Shown here: in pieces, positions 1-9,658 of the stretch | Numbering within the stretch: the first letter of the stretch is position 1 | How the letters are laid out: each line of letters begins with the position of its first letter | From: Scyliorhinus canicula | Taxonomy: Eukaryota | NCBI RefSeq assembly: GCF_902713615.1 | Contig: NC_052149.1 | Span: 126,235,256-126,299,255, forward strand | Length of the DNA stretch: 64,000 nucleotides | Direction of reading: 5' to 3' | Position numbers and translations under genes: made by a program | The notes under the pieces: model-generated | Seen by the model: only the letters and a program-made list of their open reading frames with translations | Told to the model about the DNA's origin: nothing | Database searches by the model: none

Positions 1-2410
1 ATGTTTACTGGACCCTATTGGAGTGTCCAGTGGGAAGGAGGCCCATGTTTACTGGTCCCTATTGGAGGGTCCAGTGGGAAGGAGGCCCATGTTTACTGGT
101 CACTATGGGAGTGTCCAGTGGGAAGGAGGCCCATGTTTACTGGTCCCTCTGGGAGTGTCCAGTGGGAAGGAGGCCCATGTTTACTGGTCCCTATTGGAGG
201 GCCCAGTGGGAAGGAGGCCCATGTTTCCTTGTCCCTATTGGAGGGACCAGTGGGAAGGAGGCCCATGTTTGCTGGTCCCTATTGAAGGATCCAGTGGGAA
301 GGAGGCCCATGTTTACTGGTCCCAATTGGAGGGTCCAGTGGAAAGGAGGCCCATGATTACTGGTCCCTATTGGAGGGTCCAGTGGGAAGGAGGCCCATGT
401 TTACGGGTCCCTATTGGAGGGTCAGTGGGAAGGAGGCCCATGTTTACAGGTCGCTATTGGATGGTCTAGAGGGAAGGAGGCCCATAGTTACTGGTCCCTA
501 TTGGAGGGTCCAGTGGGAAGGAGGCCCATGTTTACTGGTCCCAATTGGACGGTCCAATGGGAAGGAGGCCCAGGTTTACTGGTCCCTATTGGAGGGTCCA
601 GTGGGAAGGAGGCCAATGTTTACTGGTCCCGATTGGAGAATCCAGTGGGAAGGAGGCCCATGTTCACTGGTCCCTATTGGAGGGTCCAGTAGGAAGAAGG
701 CCCATGTTTACTGGTCCCTATTGAAGGGTCCAGTGGGAAGGAGGCTCATTTTTTCTGGTCCCTATCGGAGGGTTTAGTGGGAAGGAGGCCCATGTTTACT
801 GGTCCCTATTGGAGGGTCCAGTGGGAAGGAGGCCCGTGTTTACTGGTCCCTATTGGAGGGCCCAGTGGGAAGGAGGCCCGTGTTTACTGGTCCCTATTGG
901 AGGGTCCAGTGGGAAGGAGGCCCATGTTTACTGGTCCCTATTGAAGGATCCAGTGGGAAGGAGGCCCATGTTTACTGGTCCCAATTGGAGGGTCCAGTGG
1001 AAAGGAGGCCCATGTTTACTGGTCCCTATTGGAGGGTCCAGTGGGAAGGAGGCCCATGTTTACTGGTCCCTAATGGAGCGTCAGTGGGAAGGAGGTCCAT
1101 GTTTACAGGTCCCTATTGGATGGTCCAGAGGGAAGGAGGCCCATAGTTACTGGTCCCTATTGGAGGGTCCAGTGGGAAGGAGGCCCATGTTTACTTGTCC
1201 CAATTGGACGGTCCAGTGGGAAGGAGGCCCAGGTTTACTGGTCCCTATTGGAGGGTCCAGTGGGAAGGAGGCCAATGTTTACTGGTCCCGATTGGAGAAT
1301 CCAGTGGGAAGGAGGCCCATGTTCACTGGTCCCTATTGGAGGGTCTAGTAGGAAGGAGGCCCATTTTTTCTGGTCCCTATCGGAGGGTTCAGTGGGAAGG
1401 AGGCCCATGTTTACTGGTCCCTATGGGAGGATCCAGTGGGAAGGAGGCCCATTTTTCCTGGTCTCTATTGTAGAATCCAGTGGAAAGGAGGCCCAGGTTT
1501 ACTGGTCCCTATTGGAGGGTCCAGTGGGAAGGAGACCCATGTTTGCTGGTCCCTATTGGAGGATCCAGTGGAAAGGAGGCCCATGATTACTGGTCCCTAT
1601 TTAAGGGTTCAGTGGGAAGGAGGCCCATGTTTACAGGTTCTTATTGGAGTGTCCAGTGGGAAGGAGGCCCATGTTTACTGGTTCTTATTGGAGGGTCCAG
1701 TGGGAAGTAGGCCCATGTTCACTGGTCCCTATTGTAGTGTCCAGTGGGAAGGAGGCCCATGTTTACTGGTTCTTATTGGAGGGTCCAGTGGGAAGGAGGC
1801 CCATGTTTACTGGTCCCTATTGTAGTCTCCAGTGGGAAGGAGGCCCATGTTTACTGATCCCTATTGGAGGGTCAGTGGGAAGGAGGCCCATGTTTACTGG
1901 TCCCTATTGGAGGGTCCAGTGGGAAGGATGCCCATGTTTACTGGTCCCTATTGGAGGGCCCAGTGGGAAGGAGGCCCATGTTTACTGGACCCTATTGGAG
2001 AATCCAGTGGCAAGGAGGCCCATGTTTACTTGTCCCTATTGGAGGGTCCAGTGGGAAGGAGGCCCATGTTTACTGGTCCCTATTGGAGGGTCCAGTGGGA
2101 TGGTGGCCCATGTTTACTGGTCCCTATTGGAGGGCCCAGTAGGAAGGAGGCCCATGTTTACTGGTCCCTATTGGAGGGTCCAGTGGGAAGGAGGCCCATG
2201 TTTACTGGTCGCTATTGGAGGGCCCAGTGGGAAGGAGCCCCATGTTTACTGGTCCCAATTGGAGGGTCCAGTGGGAAGGAGGCCCATGTTTACTGGTCGC
2301 TATTGGAGGGCCCAGTGGGAAGGAGCCCCATGTTTACTGGTCCCAATTGGAGTGTCCAGTTGGAAGGAGGCCCATGTTTACTGTTCCCTATTGGAGGGTC
2401 AGTGGGCCAT
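1..2410. repeat. 44-bp tandem minisatellite array (about 55 copies, truncated by window start)
   Basis: Consensus ATGTTTACTGGTCCCTATTGGAGGGTCCAGTGGGAAGGAGGCCC repeated head-to-tail with point variants and occasional 43-bp units; G 16/44 vs C 9/44 on the + strand. Confidence 0.97.
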
Positions 2411-2714
2411 GGACAACATGATCAATAAGGAGGATGGTTATTTTATGATGTAAATGTGTGATTATCCACCCCTCATATCAGCGGTGGGGGGGGCATAGTG
2501 TGTTCTGGCTGGGGGGGTGGGGAGGAGTTCGGTGATCCTACAAGTGGTGGTCCAGCAAGCAGTGTGTTCCAGTCCACAATACGGGGCTATGTGCAGCATC
2601 AGCCACACGTTCCCCACTGAAGCTTCTTATGTACTGTGAGCGCCGGGAAACACAGACCTAAATGCACTCGCTGGAGGACATTGTTCCCACTTAGTTGGAT
2701 CGAGCTACATGATT

Positions 2715-3180
2715 TGTTGGCTAACAGAGAGCAGAGAGAGGGGATAAATGGGTCTTTTTCAGCTTGTCCAGCAGTAACTAGTAGAATGGCACAGGGATCA
2801 GTGCTGGAGCCTCAACTATTCACAATCTACATCAATGATTATTGAAGGAAGCGAATGTAGCTAATGTCCGAATCACACTAAGATAGGTGGGAAAGTCAGT
2901 TATCAAGAGGAGGTAGAGAGTCTGCAAAGAGATAGGGACTGTGTGTGAGTGGGAAAACATTTGGAGTATAACGTGGGTAAATGTGAACTTGTCCACTTTG
3001 ACAGGAAGAATAGAAAAGCAGTAAAGTATTTAAATGGAGAGAGATTGAGGAACTGGCTGCTACAGAGGGATCTGGGTGTCCTGGTACCTGAATCACAAAA
3101 CATTAGTCTGCAGGTCCAGCAAGTGATCAGGAAGGGAAATGGAATGTTGGTGTTTGTTACAAGAGGAACGGAAAATAAAA
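2715..3180 (+). mobile_element. Degraded CR1-type LINE RT fragment
   Basis: Translates with frameshifts to ..QGSVLEPQLFTIYIND.. and ..YNVGKCELVHF..QRDLGVLV.., which are CR1 RT and C-terminal motifs. Confidence 0.8.
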
Positions 3181-3284
3181 ACAGGGAAAAAAAACACTGG
3201 AGTGAGAAGAATGAGAGATGATCTTATTTAAACGTAAGTCCCTGAGGGGACTGAGTGGACACAAAGAGGTTGATATCTCTTGTA

Positions 3285-3485
3285 TGGTAGAGAGAGAAAG
3301 TGAGGGAGAAAGAGAGGGAAACAGAGGGAGAAAGAGAGAACAGAGAAAGAAAGATGAGGGTGAGAGCAAACAAGGAGATTGAGACAGGAATAACAAGACA
3401 GAGAGAGCAGAGACTGAGGGACTGACACTGAGGGAGGGAGAGAGAGAGAGGGAGAGGGAGTGAGTGAGAGAGAAGAAGAGGAAGT
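3285..3485. repeat. GA-rich polypurine low-complexity tract upstream of V promoter 1
   Basis: About 200 bp of (GA)n/GAGAGGG-type sequence, strongly purine-biased on the + strand. Confidence 0.85.
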
Positions 3486-3493
3486 GAAGGTGC

Positions 3494-3572
3494 TGACGTG
3501 GTGTCTCTGCCTCATACCATTTACATACTGAGGAACGGGCAGTCAGACTCTCACAGGCTGCAGCTTTATAAA
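3494..3572 (+). promoter_or_regulatory. V-gene promoter 1: CRE-like TGACGT (3494-3499), octamer variant ATTTACAT (3519-3526), TATAAA (3567-3572)
   Basis: Motifs lie about 60-140 bp upstream of the leader ATG, in the order expected for Ig light-chain promoters (octamer consensus ATTTGCAT upstream of TATA). Confidence 0.7.
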
Positions 3573-3632
3573 GCAGAGCCCAGTGAAGGGAGAGTTTATC
3601 AGTAACCAGGCACAGGGACAGGAGCAGACACC

Positions 3633-3681
3633 ATGATTTCAGCCATCCAGCTGATCTGGCCTCTGGCATTCTGCATCGCAG
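3633..3681 (+). CDS. IGKV: Ig kappa-type leader exon, cluster A (MISAIQLIWPLAFCIA-G)
   Basis: ATG at 3633, hydrophobic signal peptide, phase-1 donor G|GTAC at 3681/3682; the 186-bp intron ends CTCTCAG at 3867. Confidence 0.93.
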
Positions 3682-3867
3682 GTACAAATCTCTCTCCTTC
3701 CACCTTGAATATTTTCCTGCTCTCCATTTCAATCCAATTCTACTGACTTGTGATTGAAGGGAAAATGCTGAAAGCAGAGGAACAGTCAGTGTCTCCAACA
3801 ATATCTCATTGTACAGGCTCTTTCTGTGACAGTTCTTACTTCACTCTGTTTCTCTATTACCTCTCAG

Positions 3868-4166
3868 GTATCAGTGGAGACATCATCATGACCCAGTCTC
3901 CCCCGGTGCTGTCATTGAGCCTGGGCCAGACTGCGACCCTCACCTGTACGGCCAGTCAATCTGCTGGCAGCAGTGTTGCTTGGTATCAACAGCGAGAAGG
4001 TCAGAAACCGGCTCTGCTGATCTACTCTGCCTCAACCCGATTCACAGGAATATCCGACCGATTCACCGGTAGTGGATCTGGAACACGATTCACCCTGACA
4101 ATCAGCAATGTGCAGAATGAGGATGTCGCTGATTATTACTGTCAGCAACATAGCAGCTTCCCTCTA
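3868..4166 (+). CDS. IGKV: Ig kappa-type V exon, cluster A ([100 protein letters not shown])
   Basis: Open V domain with Cys23, WYQQ and DYYC motifs, directly followed by a 12-bp-spacer RSS. The kappa assignment rests on FR1, CDR lengths, the J and C sequences and V12/J23 polarity (sigma types share that polarity, so it is not diagnostic alone). Confidence 0.96.
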
Positions 4167-4194
4167 CACAGTGATACAGAGCCTTACAAAAACC
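4167..4194 (+). promoter_or_regulatory. 12-RSS of V (cluster A)
   Basis: CACAGTG (4167-4173) + 12 nt ATACAGAGCCTT + ACAAAAACC (4186-4194): perfect consensus. Confidence 0.98.
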
Positions 4195-4437
4195 CCAATA
4201 CACAGATCCCCACCTCCTGCACTGACACATCCCAGTTTTATGTAATAGAGAATAAACACAAGAAAGGAAACTGTACAAATGATTCTCAATGTCCACTACA
4301 CACTCATCCCTGTGGTGTCCACAGCTCACTGAAGGCCTCAAGTTTCCATCTTACTCTCCATGTCCACATATGAAGAGCAGCTGAAAAATTTATCACCTAA
4401 AATTAGAATTCTCAACTCTCCCAACAAAACAGAGAAA

Positions 4438-4547
4438 TTGAAGGAAAGAGAGAGTGAGAAAGAGTGAGAGAGAAAGACATGAGTGAGTGAGAGACACAGC
4501 GAGAGACAGAGAGAGGGTGAGAGTGAGTGAGTGAAGCAGAGAGCAGA
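4438..4547. repeat. GA/GAGT polypurine tract abutting the J nonamer (cluster A)
   Basis: (GA)n and (GAGT)n runs end immediately before GGTTTTTGT. Confidence 0.8.
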
Positions 4548-4586
4548 GGTTTTTGTCCAGCCCCTGCACTGGAAGCTGTCAGTGTG
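4548..4586 (-). promoter_or_regulatory. 23-RSS of J (cluster A)
   Basis: GGTTTTTGT (4548-4556) + 23 nt + CAGTGTG (4580-4586; one mismatch to CACTGTG). Confidence 0.95.
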
Positions 4587-4621
4587 GCTTACGTTCGGTA
4601 AAGGAACCAAGCTCAGACTGA
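4587..4621 (+). CDS. IGKJ: Ig kappa-type J segment, cluster A (LTFGKGTKLRL-S)
   Basis: FGXG motif, donor A|GTAAGT at 4621/4622; the phase matches the C exon acceptor (A+GC = Ser). Confidence 0.96.
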
Positions 4622-5712
4622 GTAAGTAAACCCCAATCCTCCGTTATTAACCCTTTCAATACTGAAACTTTCTCAAACACAAATGCTGAATAGTTGAAGG
4701 TGTCAGTGAGGAGCTGCAGTGAATGAAATGGTTCATTGAAGAACACTGTGCAGAACAGGGTGCCCAGCTGTATTTCTTTAGTTCCATTCCCCCCTTTAAG
4801 CAGCAAGATATAAGTAAGCAGCTTTTACCCACCGTGTGGAGGAGATCTGGACGTTTGCAGACTGTGTTCACATTCCTGGACCATGGAGTGAGATCACTCA
4901 CTAGACTCCTGTCAGTCTGCGTGTGACAGACACGGGCAGAGTTTGATGTGAGCTCTGGCTCCCTGTCACACTCTCTGATATAACTGATCACAGCAGCAGC
5001 AGCAGCACAGTGAGACACCGAGGTCCCACTTCCCCCAGCTTTAACTCTGCTCTCTCCACTCCCTGCTTATCTCTTAGCAAAGTTCTGATGACAAACAGGT
5101 CCAGCAGGGCTCACAATCCAGTGGCTTCAGTGTTCCAGGCTTTTGGGGAGACTCTCAGTTACTTTCTCTTTGGGTCGAGTTCAGTCTGATATTTATCCCT
5201 GATCCAACATTCCTCCAAATGCTCATTGACTCATTGCTGTTTGGAATCTTGCTGTGCACAATTGGCTGCAAAACGTTTGAGGACAACATCAGGTGGTTCA
5301 GATGCTACAGAGATGCAAATCTTTCTTTAACTTTGGAGATTCCTGATCCTGACCCTCGCCCATTGTTCGCACACTCTCAGCCTCCAAAGAGCAATGACCC
5401 TGTCTGACCCCCGGACACTGAGGCTAATTGTAGCCTCACCCTTGACCTCAGCCCAGTGCTGGGCGGCAGGGTTTGAAATTAAATCTAGAAACTTCTGTAC
5501 TGACCTCCGATCAGAATCCTTTGTGAAATGTGTTGCTCCAAATCTGCTCCAATGTTCTGGGATAAAGTTCTCCCGTTCTGTGTGTGGTTTGTTAATGTTC
5601 AACCTGTTCCCCCAAAAATTCAGATCAATAGTTCGAGCTTCCTGACTGCTTAACAGTCTCTTGAAGGGACATTGTGTCTTTAAAAACTTGTACTATTAGC
5701 AATTTCAGTGCT

Positions 5713-5938
5713 AGGTGGCATGGTGGTGCAGTGGTTAGCACTACTACCTATGGTACTGAGTACCCGGGTTTAATCCCGGCCCCGGACCACTGTCCGTGTG
5801 GAGTTTGCACATTCTCTCCGTGTCTGCGTGGGTCTCACCCCCACAACCCGAAGACGTACAGGGTAGGTGGATTGGTCACGCTAAATTGCCCCTTAATTGG
5901 GAAAAATATGAATTGGGTACTCGAAATTAAAAGAAACC
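5713..5938 (+). mobile_element. tRNA-derived SINE (HE1-like) with 11-bp TSD
   Basis: A-box GGTGCAGTGG, degenerate B-box, GTGTGGAGTTTGCACATTCTC core; flanked by ATTTCAGTGCT at 5702-5712 and 5939-5949. Confidence 0.9.
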
Positions 5939-6099
5939 ATTTCAGTGCTGAATTTGTAGTAACCTTCTTTACAAATGTTTAGATAACATTCCAAAATGAT
6001 TTAACCAGTTTAACAGCAAACCTTTACCTCCTGACACTGAACCAATTTGAAATCCAATTTTCAATTTTCCCTTTGATTCCATCAGCTTTTAATTTTCAG

Positions 6100-6560
6100 A
6101 CACGTCTGTTGTTGGAGAACTGTCAAAGTTCTTGGAAAACCCATGTTGTCAACATCAAACTCCCTCCCCTCATCAACACTCCTCGTTCCCTCTTCAAAAA
6201 AGTCAATCAAGTTAGTCAGACAGGACCTTCCCTTCACAAATCCATGTTGACCGTCCTTGATCGAACTGTGTCTCTCTCAATGATGATTCTAATTTCTCTC
6301 AGAATTATTTCCAATAATTTCCCGACCACTGAGGTTAGACTGACTGGTCAGTAATGACTCAGTCTGTCCCTACCTCCCTTTTTAAACAACGGTACAACAT
6401 TATCACTCTTCCATTGCCAGCTTTGTCTCTCTCATTTGTGAAAACTGATGTCAATTATTCATTAAGAACTATCTCCATGTCTCCCAACTCCACACACAAG
6501 TTAACTTTTTCTTCTCTTAATTGCTACCACAAATTAATTTTGCAATTTTGAAATTTATTT
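6100..6560 (-). mobile_element. Antisense CR1 LINE RT fragment in J-C intron
   Basis: Reverse complement reads ..QHGFVKGRSCLTNLIDFFEE.. Confidence 0.8.
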
Positions 6561-6800
6561 CTGTGATGTGGGAGTTTTTGGTTGGACCAGCGTTTATTGC
6601 CCATCCTTCATAGCCTTCAGAAGGTGGTGGTGAACTGCCTTCTGAATCCGCTGGTGTCCTTGCGGTATAGATACACCGAGAGTGCTGTTAGGAAGGGAGT
6701 TCCAGGATTTCGAATCGGTGACAATGAAGGAATGGTAATATATTTCCAAGTCAGGATGGTTAGTGACTTGGTGGCCAGGTTCCAGGGAGTGCTGACCCCA

Positions 6801-7521
6801 AGACCAGGATTCTCCGAGCCTCCGTGGCGAAATGGCGCTCGGTGCGGTGGCGCAGAATGGGGCCTCAGACCCGTGATTGGGTCCGACGCTGGGACGCGAT
6901 TCTCCGGCGACCGGAGATTCGGCGGCAGTTACATGCGCGCGGTCAACGCAACACCAGTCAGGGACCTTTGAAAGAGGCCCCCGCAGCGATTCTCCGCGGT
7001 CGACCAGCCGAGTTCCCGCCGACGTGGTTCATATATGGTTGCAACCGGCGGGAGCTCGGCGTCGTGGCTGCAGTGGCCGTCCTGGTGGAGGGCGGGGGGG
7101 AATCAGTCTTCTGGACGGGCCTCCACGACGGCCAGGTCCGTGATCGGGCCTCCACGACGGCCAGGTCCGTGATCGGGCCTCCACGACGGCCAGGTCCGTG
7201 ATCGGGCCTCCACGACGGCCAGGTCCGTGATCGGGGACCACCTTCGGCGGGCCTACCTTCTTCCGTGCCGGTCTGCTGTGTTGCTCTGCCATGTTGTGCA
7301 GTGCTGGCGTGGAAGCGGCCGCCACATGTATGTAGGGACCCGCGGCCAGCATTGCAGAGCTGCGTACGGCAGCTGGAGCAGCGCAGAGTAGTCCAGTGCC
7401 GTGCTGGCTCCCTGTGGGATACAGAATCGCTGGACCAAGACACCCATTGACGCCGGCGTGAAGCACTCCGGTGTTTATGCCGGCGCCAACACTTAGCCAC
7501 GTTCCTGGAGAATCCCGACCC
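6801..7521. mobile_element. GC-rich MITE-like insertion with imperfect TIRs (..GGATTCTCC / GGAGAATCCCG..), containing 4 x 29-bp tandem repeat at 7117-7232
   Basis: Termini resemble those of the MITEs at 19443-20169 and 31426-31868; it interrupts the host LINE sequence. Confidence 0.7.
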
Positions 7522-8231
7522 ATGTATCTGCTGCCTTTGTCCTTCTAGATGGTCGTGGTTGTGGGTTTGGAAGCTGCTGCCCAAGGAACCTTGGTGAGAT
7601 CATGCAGTGCATCTTGTAGATGGTACAGACGGCTGCCACTGTTCATCAGTGGTGGAGGGAGAGAATGTTTGTGGGAGGGGTACCAATCATGTGGGGGTTC
7701 TTTGTCCTGGATGGTGTTGAGCTCCTTGAGTGCTTTTGAAGTTGCACTCATCCAGGGAAGTGGAGAGTATTCCATCACACTCCCAGCTTGTGCCTTGTAA
7801 ATGGTGGATAAGCTTTAGGGAGTCAGGAGGTGAGTTACCTGCCACAGGATTCCTCATCTTTGACCTGCTCTTATCGTCACAGTATTTATATGGTTAGTCC
7901 AGTTCAGTTTCTGGTAATTGGTAACCTGCAGGATGCTGATAATCGGGAACTTAGTGAAGGTACTGTCTTTGAATGTGAAGGGTTAATGGTTAGATTCTCT
8001 CTTGTTGGAGATGGTCATTGTCTGGGGTTTTGTCCAGGCCTTGTTGTAATAGGGCAAGGTCTGCTTCAGTCTCTGTGGAGTTTTGAATGGTGCTGAACAT
8101 TGTGCTGAACATTGTGCAGTCATGAATGAACATCCCCACGTCTGACCTCATGACAGAAAGAAAGTCATTCATGAAGCAGCTGAAGCTGGTTGAGCCTCGG
8201 AGCCTCCCCTGAAGAACCCGTGAGTAATGTC

Positions 8232-8550
8232 CATGGTGGCAGAGTGGTTGGCACTTCTGCCTCACAGCGCTGAAGACATGGGTTCGATTCCAACCTTGGG
8301 TGACTTTATGGATTTTGCACGTTCTCCCTCTGTCTGCATGGGTTTTCTTTGGGTGCTCCGGTTTCCTCCCACAGTCCAAGAAAATTCAGGTTCAGTGGAT
8401 TAGCCAGGTTAAATTGTGACTTTGAATCCAAAGGTTAGATTGGTCTGTGGGGATTGGCCGGGGGAGTGGACCTGGGTGCGGTACAGTTTTGGAGGGCTGG
8501 TGCCGACTCAACGGGTCAAATGGCCTCTTTCTGCACTGTAGGGATTGTGT
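8232..8550 (+). mobile_element. tRNA-derived SINE with CR1-like 3' tail
   Basis: GGTGGCAGAGTGGTT A-box, GGTTCGATTCC B-box, GGGTGCTCCGGTTTCCTCCCACAGTCC core, ..AAATGGCCTCTTTCTGCACTGTAGGGATT tail. Confidence 0.85.
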
Positions 8551-9658
8551 GGATGTCCGAGGACAGAGATGACTGACCTCCAATATTCACAGTTATCTTC
8601 CTTTGTGCTGGGTATGACTCCAACCAGCGGAGAGTTTTCCCCCTGATTCCCATTGACTCCAGTTTGATACCAAACTTGGTCAAATGCTGCCTCGAGGTCA
8701 AAGGGCAGTTACTCTGGCCTCACCGCTGGAGTTCAGCTCTTTTGTCATGTTTGAACCAAGGCTGTAATGAGGTCAGGAGCTGAGTGACCCCAAGACTGAA
8801 CGACACTTGATAGCACTGTTGATCATCCCTTACTGATGATCGAGAGTAGCCTGATGGAGCAGTAATCGGCCGGGTTGGATTTGTCCTGTTTGGTGTGTGC
8901 AGGACAAACCTGGGCAATTTTCCACGTTGCTGGGTGAATTGTTTTTTAAATGTATTCATTGGTGTGGGTGTCATTTTCTGGGCCAGCAGTTATTGCCCAT
9001 CCCTAATTGCCCTCTAAGTGGCTGCATTTCAGAAGTGTTTTCCCAGATGTCAACCAAATTGTTGTTAGCCTGGAATCACATGTAGGCCAGACCACGTAAG
9101 GACGGCAGACTTCTTTCCCAAAAGGACATTAGTGAACGAGATGGGCTTTTACAACAATCAACAGTCATTTCAGGGTCATCATTAAACATTGAATTCAATT
9201 TTTGTTGGATTCAAATTTGGCCATCTGCTGTGATGGGATTCGAACCAGGGTTCACCGAACAGAAAAAATAAATAATAATAACGTAGAAGTCATTTTGGCA
9301 AATCCCAGTTTTGTAAAAGTGGCCTTTCCCCAATTTAAAACTTTTACTCTTGGTTTATCTTTACCCTTTTCCATAACTACTCTAAATCTAACTGAATTAT
9401 GATCACAATTACCCAAATACTCTTCCACTGATACCCCTTCCACCTGCCCAGATTTAATCGCGAAAACGGTCCAAAACTGCCTCTTTTCTTGTTGGGATTT
9501 TTCGGTACAGGTTAAAGAAGTTCCCGAGAATGGATTGCCAGCAATCTAGATCATCTGCACAGACACATACACTGACATTGATTTGATCCCAGGTAATCTT
9601 CAGGAAGATTAAATCCTTTATAATGGTAGAGATTTAAATTCCTTTCCCTCTCTTTCAG

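Larger units (their letters stand above)
6565..9270 (-). mobile_element. Antisense LINE remnants (family not determined) interrupted by a MITE and a SINE
   Basis: The recurrent GGCCAGCATTTATTGCCCATCCCTAATTGCCC-type motif also occurs at about 8990 and 29360; RT-like antisense fragments such as 'CFMNDFLSVMRSDVGMFIHDC'. Confidence 0.55.

Noticed and set aside
1-2410. CRISPR-like or switch-region-like array
   Set aside because: Units are contiguous with no unique spacers and the context is vertebrate. The consensus lacks AGCT motifs and the array is upstream of V, not in the J-C intron.
1-2453. Long overlapping ORFs in all three + frames (MFTGPYWRVQWEGGPCLLV...) here and at 52672-54712
   Set aside because: The 44-bp unit has no + strand stop and is not a multiple of 3, so every frame cycles through the same 44-aa text. 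43-bp units are tolerated, showing no frame constraint.
3157-3801. Minus-strand Leu/Ser-rich ORFs (also 55417-56054)
   Set aside because: Produced by the reverse complement of GA tracts; low complexity.
3750-4373. 207-aa ORF starting MIEGKMLK (and 56003-56587)
   Set aside because: Read-through of intron, V exon and RSS; the real start is the spliced leader at 3633 (55886).
5713-5790. tRNA genes at SINE heads (also 8232, 22896, 39207, 39720, 40607)
   Set aside because: A/B boxes continue into SINE cores and tails; no complete cloverleaf or T-run terminator.
6824-7584. GC-rich overlapping ORFs on both strands (also 19236-19857, 31264-31814, 59065-59738)
   Set aside because: They coincide with GC-rich MITEs where stops are rare, and show no domain motifs.
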